Shown: positions 15,066 to 48,444, counted from the stretch's first letter. The stretch: 64,000 nucleotides of DNA from Amoebidium appalachense (GCA_963693365.1 CAVNZM010000004.1:516448-580447); one strand, 5' to 3'. Notes: generated by a model from the letters alone, not told the origin. A program made the numbers and translations.

Positions 15066-15438
15066 CCTCCCCTGCCGCCGCCGCCATGACTCTTTTCCGA
15101 CTACCCCTGCCTACCACCTCTGTGCTCCCATTTTCATTTTGCAAAAGCTTGTGTTGCTCTTTCTAACAATATTCTCGTCTTCTCCCTCTTCGTTCGTTAG
15201 CAAAGGAAATCAGAAACACGCACACACTCATACGCACACACACTCGTACACGCACACACACACACACACACACACATTGGAAGACAGAGCTATGTGCACA
15301 CACACAATTCACACACACACACACACACACACATACACATACACATACACACACAGGTACGGTGCTCGCGGTGCCCCACCTGCCATCCCCCCCAACGCTG
15401 CGCTCGTGTTTGAGGTGTCGATGCTAACCGTCAAGTAA
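5955..15438 (+). CDS. FKBP39: Nucleoplasmin-like-domain FKBP peptidyl-prolyl isomerase (FKBP39/Fpr3/Fpr4/FKBP53 family histone chaperone), 11 exons
   Basis: Exons joined manually with GT-AG boundaries and consistent phases: 5955-6018, 6646-6710, 7809-7904, 8374-8444, 8960-9059, 9838-9999, 10756-10959, 11417-11488, 14221-14350, 14710-14758, 15357-15438. Translation gives an NPL domain ([28 protein letters not shown]...[15 protein letters not shown]...PVSLTGY), an acidic tract, a Lys-rich linker (KETPK repeats) and a C-terminal FKBP domain ([64 protein letters not shown]). Confidence 0.93.
11681..13968. mobile_element. TTAA-flanked, probably non-autonomous DNA transposon inside FKBP intron 8
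   Basis: TTAA at 11677-11680 and 13969-13972. Terminal inverted repeats CGGACTCAGGGG / CCCCGGAGTCCG match at 11 of 12 positions. The interior is AT-richer and free of microsatellites, unlike the host introns. No intact ORF. Confidence 0.7.
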
Positions 15439-16453
15439 GCAATGGACTCACCCACACGGCGATGGAAAGCTCGTGGCTTTGTACAATAACAACCCAAAGG
15501 ACGAAATAAAGCCTCTAAAATGACTATGTACATTGCAAGTGACAACTCTCATGATGTCGAGCTCAGTCACTTCATTCAACATGCTTGTGTGCAGCATACG
15601 TGCACGTACAACACACACACACACAAGATGATACAAATTGACACTGGCATTAGACACGTGAAACCATCAAAAACATGTGGCACCTCGGCTACATTAATCC
15701 AGCAAGATATAGAAATTCCTGTTGTGGAAAGGTGAAAACATACCAATAGAAAGTTGGCGCGCAGTGTGCACGTATGACGCAGCAGCTCGGATTCCTAAGG
15801 CTTCAGTAAATCCATATGCATGCATAGGTATATGGCTTGCAGCTTTTGCGGTTTTTTTCCTCTTCCAAATGGTTATCTGCATGCGGAGAAGCATGGGCTA
15901 AAAACTCGCGAGACCATTCAGTGGCATCTCGTTTGCGCATTTGGCCATGGGTGAATTGCATGCTGTGGGCCTTGTGTGTGCAGCTCGCTCCACGAGGAAT
16001 CCTCACAGAAAAATGAGCACGTATAAATCCACCAATCGGTTTCCATTTTTTATTCTTCCGTGTGGCATGTTGTAGTTACAAAAGGGATGTGATAGAGCAC
16101 CTTGCCAACTTCCATGGCCATGCATAACCAGATGCTAATCAGATCGCCTGATGGCCGTGATTCAATCACAGTGAATGATTGTCTCAGTACATATATATGC
16201 ATGCGCACGTCCAATTCAATGCCATGGGCCGAACGGCTGTTTGCCTCAGGTACAGTTATGCCAGTTTTTTGCTTGTACCTGTGCTGGCTGGTTTCACAGT
16301 CTTAGTTTGTGCGCCCAGGTCACCGCGTAGCTGTAGGTCATACAGCCGTGACAGTCAACTGACTGAGAGGCCGGGCCCATGCATCACATGTACATGACTC
16401 GTACACAGTCTGCTGCACATCTAAAAAAAAAAAAGTTTCGCGCCTAAATTGAA

Positions 16454-16490
16454 CCAATCGTTGGGCGACGCTTATTGCGGGGGCCAATCA
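16454..16490 (+). promoter_or_regulatory. Putative promoter (tandem CCAAT boxes) upstream of the L/F-transferase gene, followed by probable spliced 5'UTR exons
   Basis: Two CCAATC motifs about 30 bp apart. Downstream are a donor-like site (CCAAG|GTAACG, ~16607) and acceptor-like sites (TTTTAG ~16691; ACAACAG ending 17746, 21 nt before the ATG). Confidence 0.3.
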
Positions 16491-17767
16491 GCGAAGTGCG
16501 TTCAATAAACATAAACAGACAAACTTTGACAAAGCCCTGGCTCCCTGCTGAGTGCTGCCCTCCCTGCTGGGGTTTCTCCGAGAAGAGAGCTGCATATTGT
16601 AACCAAGGTAACGCTTTTATGTTGTTCAAATTGCTTTGGCCCTTTATTATGCCTCATATACTTTGACATCCATTCTATTATTCGCTTTTAGGCTAACGTG
16701 AAACCGAGGGACTTCTCGGGAGTTTCGAATTCAGCCGGCGGCAACAGGTGGAGTCATCAGATCCTCGCTCATTGGTGCAGACTATTGTGGTAGAGTTCTC
16801 CGCAAACTTCCTTGTATGGGGCGTGTTTTGATTTTCCTAGGGAGGCTCTGTACGTGAAACCATGAAGGGTAATCTCGCTAAAAATAGAAATGGTTTCTAT
16901 GTGCCCTTTGTAAAACTTCAATAGTCATAATTTTTTTAAGGTTTTTTGCTTGCAAATTATGCTTGGCTGTTAACCTTATGCCACACACACAATAACTGTG
17001 TCACAGTTTTACACAAGTAGATTGATAAAGAGCATTTTGGGGGCTCAAAAGGTCCTCATGATCAGGCTGCTAGCAGTGCCACCCCTACAACAGCTGTTCG
17101 TGATTGATAAGATGTTCAACTTGAGCCTACATGTCTGTACTAGAAAAGTCAGCTGATTGATCTGCATAAAATATCAGTTCATTCTTATTGCTGATTTTAT
17201 CTTGATGAACCCCTTTGTCTATAGCTCGTTTGCTTACCCCGGTAAGTCCCCTTGTGGCTTTTCAGAGAGATTGTCGAGGCTTGGAAGGTTTCATGCAAGA
17301 TCTAATTTTCATTGGCTTAATATCACACTCAGATGTAAGCCAAGAGCACTGGTGTGATCATGGTGAAAGTCCGCGAAGCCACGTTGATGCCTTTGTCAGT
17401 CTGTTTGTTACTTTTTTTTTATTGTTCTTCGTAGAGTTTGTCAAAGATACAAAAGAACGGGTTATATTATATAGGTTTTAGATACATGGAGTTGCGAGCG
17501 GCTTAAGGTAGATATAAGGTTAGAGATATAAGGTTAGAGTTGGCTGAGTATTTTACTCCTAGTACACGTAATACGAAAGTACAAGCTTGAAGTTCCGGTT
17601 GGCTTCTATACCGTTTGCTGAAAAGAGTGGTTTTGTTGACAACATCCGGTACAGTGCTATCTCGACCCTCTTGAAAGCTCGCGACTTTCCGTTTCTTTGA
17701 GAGTGAGAGAATTCCCTGCTCCATTTCACACGTTCACGCACAACAGTTGCTTTTTTACGTCGGTGCA

Positions 17768-18736
17768 ATGCCTTCCACAATGCAGAGCCTCAAGCACATT
17801 CTCACCACCAAACATGACACGTCTGGGGGCAGCACGCCGGACTCGGTTGCCAAACGACTTAAGATGTCCACGGAGAAGAAACGCACGCAGATACGCTTCG
17901 CCATGATCCCCTGGTTTGGAAACATTCCCATCCTCACGCCAGACATGAACTTGACCGAGGTGACTCGTCTGCTTGCCTCCCAGTATCGTGGGCAGTTCTG
18001 TTGCGCCTACACGTTCGACCCTTCCTTCCTTGCAGACCTCATGTACCACGGGTATCTCACCATGTCTTTCAGCCTATGTGGCACCTACCTCCTGACGCCC
18101 AAACTTCACAAGGAGCGATGCGTACTGCAGTTCCCTGACTTGCACATCGGCAAGAAGGTTAAGAAGAGAAGCAAGCACTTCCACATGACAGCAAACAAAG
18201 ACTTTAGGGGTGTGGTTGCGGGTTGCATACGACAGCACGGTGAAAATTGGCTGCATCCCCCGCTGGTACAGGGCTTTATTGCCATCCACGAAGCGGGGAG
18301 CATGGGAGCCGTGCAGATGCACTCGTTTGAGTTATGGCAGGAGGATGTTTTGGTGGCGGGGGAGATAGGTTACTCGGTCGGTGCGTGCTACACATCACTT
18401 TCTGGTTTTTCGTTGGTGGACTCAAGCGGTACGGTGCAGTGTGTGGCCACGTGCCGTGTGCTGCAGGCTGCAGGGTTTGCCTTTTGGGACCTCGGCATGG
18501 AGCTGCCTTACAAGAGGGAGTTGGGCGCACACACGATCACACGCGGCGAGTTTTTGGAAATGCTTCACGACGCAAGAGACAGGCCCACAGTATTCCCCGT
18601 GTTGGGGCACAAGTGGAACGCACGGGCACTGGTCTGTGACCCCATCGACCCCCAGGCGCTGAGAAAGAGCACACAGGGGGCTAAACAGACACAGCAGGGG
18701 GGGAGGGTGTCGACAGGCACCGTGCAGGCCGAATAG
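17768..18736 (+). CDS. aat: Leucyl/phenylalanyl-tRNA--protein transferase homolog (Aat / ATEL1-like N-degron enzyme)
   Basis: Uninterrupted ~322-aa ORF from ATG 17768 with family motifs: LHIGKKVKKRSKHFHMTANKDFRGVVAGC..HGENWL, HSFELWQEDVLVAGEIGYSVGACYTSLSGFS..DSSGTVQ, GFAFWDLGMELPYKRELGAHTITRGEFLEML. Confidence 0.9.
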   Translation: MPSTMQSLKHILTTKHDTSGGSTPDSVAKRLKMSTEKKRTQIRFAMIPWFGNIPILTPDMNLTEVTRLLASQYRGQFCCAYTFDPSFLADLMYHGYLTMSFSLCGTYLLTPKLHKERCVLQFPDLHIGKKVKKRSKHFHMTANKDFRGVVAGCIRQHGENWLHPPLVQGFIAIHEAGSMGAVQMHSFELWQEDVLVAGEIGYSVGACYTSLSGFSLVDSSGTVQCVATCRVLQAAGFAFWDLGMELPYKRELGAHTITRGEFLEMLHDARDRPTVFPVLGHKWNARALVCDPIDPQALRKSTQGAKQTQQGGRVSTGTVQAE

Positions 18737-19219
18737 GCAACTAAATGGGACCACGCGATACGCAGTGCAGGTGTGTTACATGTCCGATATTTAGAAAGAT
18801 GTAAAGGGCAGTTTTGATGATGTAGATAAGAACCCCCTCTTTTGCTCGTGAACATTCATGGTTAGCTTGAATATAGACACTGCTTCAGAGTCTGCTTGTT
18901 TGCCATTTATAGGACAAATATTCAAAGCCTGCTCTTCTTTTGAGTCTAGCTCGGGAACAGAGTTGTTTTTTTTACATAGACGCGAATATGATACGTTTTG
19001 ATATCACTGTACAGATGGTGCCATGCTGAAATATGTACATGGTTTGTGATTGTGACGCTCGAAGCGCATATTGAATCTTCAAATGCGAAAGTTGTTTCCG
19101 ATGAATATATAAATATCATGTCTGCTGCAGAGCATGTGGGTGATGCTACACGTGGGGTGAAGCGCCAGTGATCATCAGCACTGTGAAGGGTGATCGGGTA
19201 TTATGTTTTGCATACACAA

Positions 19220-19397
19220 GAAATACACTAGCACACACACAGGCATATCAGCTGTGGCTTATACACAAACACATAAAACAAACGGATGTTGCACAGGTGC
19301 GTACATATGCACATACACAGACACGGTCACATAAGGGGATAGGGTGTGCACACCTACACACGTACAAACTTACACGGCATGCTTGTGCACGTACATC

Positions 19398-19439
<42 letters not shown>

Positions 19440-19816
19440 ACACACAATTGTATGCGTGTGGTGTCATGCACGTGCGCTGGTTACCCGGGAGTGAGTCCTC
19501 ATGCAGGCTGCACACCAGAGAGCTACTGTGCTCTGCACACGACACACCCACACACGGCCAACCTAAACCAGCTTCTACATAAAACACTAGCGCACATATG
19601 CACCTTAGCGCCGGCGCGTATATACGCACAAAAAATAACTCGCTAGGCACAAGTGGGCTGTTGTGCACATCACTCACGCGACACAAAAGCAAATGGAGTG
19701 TGCACACCTACACATGCACAAACCTACACGGCATACTTCGGCGCGTGCACGCACACACACACACACACATACACCATAGCTGTAGTGTGTGTGTGTGCAC
19801 GCGCACGTACACGCGT

Positions 19817-19872
<56 letters not shown>

Positions 19873-19887
19873 CACACAACACACATG

Positions 19888-19919
<32 letters not shown>

Positions 19920-20211
19920 ACCTGCATGCACCGTGCACATGTTACGTGCGTGCACGCTCCTACACGACAGAGTTCCTTTTTGCGCGTCACACGGCCTTGT
20001 CTATCTGCAAGCACTGCGTACACACGGCCAACTCTAACTGCGACGTGGGGAGATGCATTTCATACACAGCACACACACAGGCATGATGACAACCATGCTT
20101 TTTCTCTACCCGCCCCCCCTCCTCTCTCTCCTTCGTTCCCTCCGCCCCGGCCCTGTTTGGCAGCTGCGCGAACATACACGTATATACACGGACACAAGCA
20201 CGCACGTGCGA

Positions 20212-20259
<48 letters not shown>

Positions 20260-21005
20260 ATACACACACACACAATACAACCACGACCACGACCACCGCA
20301 GGCTTTTATGAGAAGAGGGGTGTGGGAGAAACGGGGTTGTTGTTTGTGTGTGTGTGGGGGGGGGAGGGGGGGGGGGCGGGGGGGAGGGTTGGACGAAAGA
20401 AGATAGGAAGAACAGAGCCACCATGACACCGATAAGTGCCGTGGATTAAACACGGCCTTCAGTCATCACAGTTTTAAACACACCATACACGTATGTACAC
20501 TCAGACACATGCAACACCATTTATAGTACTCACATACACTCGCGGCTGATGCGCACATGCACACTCTCGTACACGTTGCACCATGATCATGATGTTGGTC
20601 ATGGTACACATGCTTCACACACACGTACACACACGCGCGTGCGCACAAACACACACACACACACACACACACACATGCGCACACACACACACAGAGACGC
20701 ACAACACACACACACACACTCGGTCTGATGCGCACGTGCACACACACCCACACATGCACACCTACACGAACACATACTGTACACACACATACACATGGCA
20801 TACACACATCCACAAACAAAGTCTTGCATCCAAAAACACTGTACATACATGAACACGTACACACGAACACACAAAAGCATGGGACTATAACACATACACA
20901 CGGAACACATACACGAAACACACCACTCAAGAACACATATACACAAACGCACGAACAGCTGACACACTCATACCGTGACGAAAGCCCACACACACACACA
21001 CCCTA
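19220..21005. repeat. CA-rich low-complexity block containing an old ~355-bp-period degenerate duplication
   Basis: GTGTGCACACCTACACA.G.ACAAAC.TACACGGCAT occurs at ~19344 and ~19698, and ACACTAGC at ~19225 and ~19584, interleaved with (CA)n. Confidence 0.6.
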
Positions 21006-21070
21006 ACGCAATCACGTGCGCATGCTATGTCGGCGAAACGGCTGCCAACTCTTTTATACCATGATAACCC

Positions 21071-21101
<31 letters not shown>

Positions 21102-22356
21102 AAATAAAAAAAAAGAAAGAAAGAAAGAAAGATATTGCCGAAAAGAAAAAGAAGTGAAAAGAAAAGGAAAGGAAAGAGGAAGAAAGGGGGGAGAAAGAAG
21201 AGAAAAAGAAGATATCACACACGCTTGTCAATAGGGAACGGAAGACAATGCCGAGAAAAAGAAAAGGAATATTGGAAGGAAAGAAAGGAGGAAAAACCCC
21301 TACCATGTATACCATCCCATGGGATCAGTGCCATCGCGGCCAGCTGGTAGCACACACGCTCGTGCCTTTACATCAAAACGTGGAAACCATATGATACCCA
21401 GACACGCATCATGGATACAAACATCAGCAATATATGTAGCATGGGTAGATTGCGGTGTGCGCGTACCATACTAGCTTCAGGCTTAATTTGGACTGTGTGT
21501 GCCAAGGCTTTGCTTTGTCAGTGTGGACGTTTGCATGCCGCAATACGCATGAGGGGGTCTGGGTGTTTCAGTGAAATGCAGAGCAGAAAGAGCCTCTGTA
21601 GGAGCCTCTTAGATGTTTGATTACTGTGTATTTTCTTCCCGGGGGAGGGAGGGAGGGAGGGAGGGGTTGCCTCCAGATTCACTCCACGCTGCCTCCTCTC
21701 TCGGGAAAACATATTGCTTACCTGAAAGATTCGGATCATCTGATTGGCCTCACTTTCCGAAAGGGGTAGGGTAACTTGAACAGTAGCAGCTTTTTAGGGT
21801 ACTATAAAAAGCGGGTGATGGTTAAATCACCCTCACTTTTTGTCCCCCGTCGCTGCTCTCTCTAGCCCACCCTCCCGCCCGCGCTTTTTAGTCCCCCGTC
21901 TAGCTTCTTTGGGTTAGTGTACCTCTTAGGGGCAAGGGTAGGTGTTTTGGGGGGGGGGGGGGGGGGGGGGGGTAGGCACGTAGCCAGTGTGGATACGTGT
22001 GTATACAGCCCAGACTTAGTCCATACAAGTTGATCGATCTGCGACCATAGGCATGTGTAACCGTATGTATTGATGTAGTAGTGGGGGTCCCGGGGACCAG
22101 ATTGTTGTGAGCCACAAGAGAGCAATAAAACCGACAGAAGCAACCTAAGTTGAAAATATCCACACTGTCCACAGTCCTGCTGCTGCAGATCTTGTAGATC
22201 CGATATACAGCCGAAAAAAAGGGGGGGGGGGAAAAACAAAAAAAAAAAACCGTTATATCTCCACATGCTATGTCTATCTGATATGAATTTATCAGGCCAT
22301 GACTGAATGTTGAATATAATCGTTACCCCTTGAGGGGCCTCCTGCGGATCTTCATG

Positions 22357-22401
<45 letters not shown>

Positions 22402-22479
22402 AGGGCCTAATATCTGGATGTAATTCACTCCCGGGAGCCAACAAAACTTTGAAAGCCGAGTTAAAAGCTCTAGTGGCCA

Positions 22480-22863
22480 AACCACATCGGCTGAGTAAAC
22501 TTGCTCCGAGCAGAATTATTCTGCAAAAAGCAGAATTTAATTCTGCTTTTAATTGTTCTGCAAATGAGGATTATTGTGCAAAAACAGAATTATTCTGCAA
22601 AAGCAGAATTATTTTGCTAAGGAAAAAAAAAAAAAAGAACTGCTGTGGGCAGCAGAATCAATGTGCTAAAAGCTGAATAATTCTGCTAAAACCAGAATTA
22701 TACTGCTACCCTGCTTTTTTGCGGAATAATGCAGAACTGATTCTGCTTTTGCGAAATATCACGCTGCTTTTTGCAGAGTGATTCTGCTTTTTGCAGAATA
22801 ATTCTGCTTTCGCAGAATACTATTGAATTCTGCTTTTCACGAGTTGGCTCTGCCGATGTGGTT
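22480..22863. mobile_element. Foldback/MITE-like element built from palindromic GCAGAAT(T/A)ATTCTGC units
   Basis: Degenerate ~38-bp TIRs (AACCACATCGGC... / ...GCCGATGTGGTT). Perfect 27-bp inverted repeat at 22510-22536 vs 22781-22807. Internal ~19-20-bp units are joined by A-runs in the left half and T-runs in the right half. No TSD recognised. Confidence 0.6.
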
Positions 22864-23564
22864 GAGCCCTCCCCGGGGGAAGGAGAGGTTCCCGGGGGGG
22901 GGGGGGAGGAGGGGGGGGGGGGGGTTGAATGCTCCATGGAGTAAGAAGTACACCGTCGTGAGCCAGAACGGACAGACTTATTGCAGAATGGTGGGGAAAG
23001 GGGGGCCCGGGGAGAAGGGGGGATAGGGGGGGGGGGGGGGGGGGGGGGGAAGGAAGGAGGGGAAGTGGGGAGAGGGGGGGGGGTGGGGGGGGGGAGAGGA
23101 AGGATGGGGAGGGGGTGGGTGGGTGGGGGGGGGGGGAGCGGCGAAGGGGTCAACTTTTCCACATACACTGTGAGATGTGGCATGTGTCTATGGAGCCGAG
23201 ATGAACCACGGCGATAGTGGTGCACATATGGATTTCATTGTTGGTATCTAGCAGTGATGTCTGGGGTGTAGGGAATGTACCGCTTCCCACGTTAATAAAT
23301 CAAGTTCTTTAGGGGCATGTATTCACCCATAGATGGTGGCAAACTTTGATAGTGTTGTTTTTTCCCGAAAAAGGGATGGAATCACAACAAATTTATTGCA
23401 TGAAACAGGGAAGAGTCTGTTTCGGCACTTTTTTCTGCTGTTTGGCACGTTATTACCCATTAGCACCCACCAGCATACATATACTCACTGCTGAGCACTC
23501 CTCCCCCCTTCCACCCCCCTCCCTCCTTTCCCCTCCCCCCCAACCTCCCCAACTCCCCCCAAAC

Positions 23565-23629
23565 ATTCATTAATGCTCATTAGCCCTAATCAACCTTCAT
23601 TGGCCCTCATTAGCTCTCATTAATTCTCA

Positions 23630-23633
<4 letters not shown>
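23565..23633. repeat. Short degenerate ~10-bp tandem repeat (CTCATTAG..) at the GPCR stop codon / 3'UTR
   Basis: TTCATTAATG-CTCATTAGCC-CTAATCAACC-TTCATTGGCC-CTCATTAGCT-CTCATTAATT-CTCATTAG. Confidence 0.6.
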
Positions 23634-35147
<11,514 letters not shown>

Positions 35148-35220
35148 CTATTGGAAGTCGAAGGGATCCCCTGGGTTTGCAGCAAGTTTCTCTGATTTGT
35201 GAACAAGTTGCACCTAATTA

Positions 35221-35287
35221 TTATTTGAGCAAGGTGACCCTTTCAACGTTAACTTATTTGAGCAAGGTGACTCTTTCAACATTAACA
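35221..35287. repeat. 33-bp tandem duplication in the GPCR/ABCG intergenic (putative bidirectional promoter) region
   Basis: TTATTTGAGCAAGGTGAC(C/T)CTTTCAAC(G/A)TTAAC x2. Confidence 0.85.
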
Positions 35288-35611
35288 CGATATCATTTAG
35301 CTATCCAGTTCACTTCAGTATCGAGGAACCATCGAAGCGCGCGCTGTCAAGTTATTGATGATGGTAGAGAACACACCAAATGGCTACTGAATGCATATGT
35401 GGAGTGAATGTGTATGTATGAAGTCTCGCACTGCCGACCAGTCATAGTTACGCAACGACAGGCAACACAATCAGCATCTGCCGCTGGCCAGCAGCACGCA
35501 AGTATTTATATTACTAGTATATATATATCTTGTGAGCCAGGACACAGATATCGATACACGAATTACTTGGCGTCAAATGAGGCAAGTGTCTCGCCAACCA
35601 ACACCCTAAGG

Positions 35612-44017
<8,406 letters not shown>

Positions 44018-44229
44018 AATTGCCATATTAGGTGATCAGGTAGTCTGTTGTAAAGTGATACCAGATTTCGGACGCAGGTTCGATTTGGATGTGTTTCCGT
44101 AATCAATGTTTCCCCCCCTTCATCTTTACTGTCTTGTATGAATTAAAAAAAAAAATTTAATCCTTTTTCTTTTTTTTTTTTTTGTAAATCACATCGAGTG
44201 CAGCTGTTTCTCCCTGCTTGTACAAACGT

Positions 44230-44351
<122 letters not shown>

Positions 44352-45950
44352 TTTTTTTTTTTTTTAAGGACGACTTGCAAGCTCAGTTCACCCCGGAGAG
44401 GCTAGCTACCGGTAAAAGTAAGTAGGCTACTTCATTAGTTTTTTAGAAATTGTTGTTGTTGTTTTTATAGTTACTAAAGTTTTACAACTTGTACGCAGCC
44501 AGTTCACTCCGGAGGAGGCAACCGCATTAAGTACTTTGTAGATTTATTGTTATTATTGTTTTTTTTTGGAGTCCAGCTTGTAAGGTCAGTTCATCCCTCG
44601 GAGACTACGTTATTTTTATTTTATTTTCAGCCCACACATGTATGCTACGTAAGGCTTAGCATGAGTTCCATAAGAATGTGTGTATATGTTACGGTATTAT
44701 GTAGCAAAACATCAGCGAGTCTACATATTTAAATATTCCTGCTTTTTTAGCTGTTTTATAAACCCTTTTTAAAAATGTATAAATTGTTGTAAAGGTATCG
44801 AGCACAAGCATTTTAAAGGCTCAACAACGCGCTAGTCATCGTATTGGATTGTTTTGCTCTGCTTGTGTCTAAATTCATCGCACATACACGCACACGTACA
44901 TCATCACGTGCCACACATACGCATACACTGCCATTAGCGGCTTATACCACACCCCGATGATTAAACAGTGCCCACAACATCCTCCATTGCAAGCATGCGC
45001 AACACACGTCCCCCCCCCCCCCCCCCCCCCCCTCCCTCCCTCCCTCCCTCCCTCCCCCCACCCACCCACCCATACCCATGCAGAAACGCAGCAGGTGCAT
45101 ACATGCCTAAATAATATGCTCGAGCTCATCCCCGGAAGGTGAATGCACATAGTATTTACCCCCCCCCCCCCCCTCTTCTGTCTTTCGAAAACAATGTCAC
45201 CCACACACACTGACATTGCTAGGGCCTAAGATATCTTAGTAGTGTTGCACCGACCAAATCATTTAGTAACACAGAAAGAGAGAAACAAACGAAGAAAAGA
45301 AAGATAGTAAGGCAAAATGCACAAACAACGTCTTGAGAGAAGATTCTCCAGAGGCAAATGATCAAACCAGTCACGCATGTATACGTCGTCTCATGCGGGG
45401 AATGGGTGCAGTCACACACACGTGGCCGTGTCATCTCCCCCCCCTCCCCTCCCGGAATGTACACATGGCCAACAGATGCGTGACACACACACACATGTAC
45501 ACACACCCACACACACACGTGCGCACACACACACGTGTACACACACGCGCATTGTATAAGATGGTCACTATGCGAGACTTTTACACACGAATAAACGATG
45601 TCTTTATATAATCCACGCAGTCTGTGCGAAAGCAAGGATCTGCCAGAAATTAGCGGTGCATCGGGATTTATTCCCGCATCCGACTCAAGTATGTGGCATA
45701 GCGCTCCCGCCGGCGGTCACACAGTGATCGGGCCGGAGGTGTACAGTCCATCCCACAGCACACCCCCACGCCAACACCCACCCGCCCACCAACACACCCC
45801 TTCAGCTAGAACAAAATAATACCCGTGTCTCGCATGACCCGTGTCTTTTTCCAACGTGTGAAGCCCCCCAGGGCCGTAATAGTTTATTTAATAATGTGCG
45901 CGTGATTGGTGACCAACTATACATAAATTTAACCGCAGATTCCGATTGGC

Positions 45951-47012
45951 TTACTCCTCATCGTCATCGGGCTTGTAGGTCGACTCAATGCCTGCATCTG
46001 TAAAAGGGGGGGGAGACAGTAAGTGTGCATAAGTGTGTGTGTGTGTGTGTTGTGTGTGTGTGTGTGTGCGTGTGTGTGCGTGCGTGTGCATGTCGCGCAC
46101 GCACGCGAGCTTGCGTGTGTATGTGCGGAGCGAAGGTTGGGTTGGGTGGACGGGGGGGGGGGGGGGGGGGGGGGGGGGAGGAGGACAGAACATGTCTGTG
46201 TTTTCTGCTTGCTCCATTCACCCCCCTACCCATCAACAACATAACGCCCTTCACTCTCCACGCTGGCCAATCAGACATTTCAAAGAAGAAGGCTGCAAAT
46301 CGGTTTCGTCTAATCGGCAAATCGTGTGATCAAAATATCACACAATCAAGGATTGCTTAGTGATTCAGTGAGAGAATCATTATCGCACAACCACATAATC
46401 ATGGAGTCGTACGGCCGAACATATTATAATCGAAAGATCGTCTTATCAATATAGCATTTTATATGCTGTGTGGTGTATTTGGCAGAACCCCATTGGTGAT
46501 GAATGACCGAAGACATTACTCCTTTGCCCCCCCCCCCCCCCCCCCCCCACAAAAAAAAAAACAAAAACAAAAAAAACAAAAAAAAAAAAACCCCACACAC
46601 ACACGTTCCACTGCACCTTTTGCGAACACATGCCAACCGAATAGCCCAGGCAACAGCACCAATAACCATCACACATCAAGTCACCACTTTGTGTGTGTGT
46701 GTGTATATATGCGCGCGCGCGCGCCCGAGCGCATGCGTGTGCGCGTTCATATGCATGTACGTCTGTGTGCACCTATTTTTGCGTGTGCGTGTGCGTGCGC
46801 CTATGTGCCCATGTGTGCACATATGCATACGACAATCAACAAATACTTCTATATCGAGTAGTGCATGCACGTACCCTTGAGCAGTGTCTGCAACTCTCCC
46901 GTCTTGTGCAGATTAATCATAATGTCACAGCCCCCCACAAACTCTCCCTTGATGTACACCTGGGGGATGGTGGGCCAGTTGCTGTATTGCTGTAGGGAAA
47001 GAGAGGTCAGTA

Positions 47013-47047
<35 letters not shown>

Positions 47048-48063
47048 CCCCCCTCCCTCAGGATGGGATGCAAGCACGTTTGAAATAACTATCCCCGGAA
47101 CCCGTTCATCTCAGGCTGCATTGGCGATTCTCTCTCCGTCTCCGTGTTTTTCCTGTACGTAGGTGTTCGTGCTTTGCATGACAACCCTGCTCTCCTCTGC
47201 TCCCGTCAACCCAAGAAAACCCCACCCTATCATCACAACCTTGACACCCCCCCCCCCCCCCCCCCTCTTTGTTAACAGTGCCGGCATGCAGGTATGGACA
47301 GACACACACGGACACCCCCCCCACCTACCCACACACGCACATACCCCCCCCCCCCCCCCCACACACACACACATATTCCCCCCCCCCCCCCCACACACAC
47401 ACACAAACAGTTTACCCCCTCTCCCCCCTCCAAACACACACATACCCGCCCCCGCCTCCCACACACACATACCCTCCCCTCCCACATGAACGCACACATA
47501 TACCCCCCTCCAAACACACCCACCCACCCACCCACCCAGCCCCCTTCCCCCCCCTCCCCCCCCCCCCCCCCCAAAAAAAAACACCCACCCACCCACCCAA
47601 CCCCAACCCCCCCACCCGCCCTCCACCCCTACCCCCCACCAACCGGCCGAAAAAAACCACCCACGCAACCTCCCCCCCCCCCCCCACCCACCCATCCACC
47701 CACCCAACCACGCAATCCCCCCCCCCCTCCCCCCCCCCACACACACACCTTAATCGCCTCCCTCAGGGCCACATCCTCAAGGACGTTGAACGCCTCGTAA
47801 TTTGAAACCCCGTGCAGGTCGAGGATCTGCACCACGGCATTGCTGAAGCCACACTGGGGGGCTGACGGCACACCCTTCATGAACACAACAAGCGGGTTGT
47901 TCTTGACAACCTGTGAAAAAAAAAGGGAGGGGGGAGGGAGGGGGGGGGGGGGGGGGGGGGGGGAGGGAGGGACGGAGGGAGGGGGAGGGAGGGAGGGGGG
48001 GGAGGGAGTTAACATCAGATTTTTTTTTCCTTCTGCGAGTAAGTGTGTGTGTGTGTGAGTGTG

Positions 48064-48095
<32 letters not shown>

Positions 48096-48139
48096 AAAAG
48101 ACTTATCAGAGAGAGAGAGATAGAGAGAGAGTGTGTGTA

Positions 48140-48221
<82 letters not shown>

Positions 48222-48408
48222 GACTGTGCGAGAGAGAAGGCGGAGGGGGGGGGGGGGGGGGGGGGAGGGGGCAGGGAGCCTACGGGGGGTACACGATATA
48301 GACACCGGGAATAAACGAATACTCAGGGAAAAAAACACAAAAGCAGGGAGTCGTATGCTGGAAACAACCATAAATAACATGGAAACTGAGAAGGTGTGTG
48401 CGTGCATT

Positions 48409-48444
<36 letters not shown>

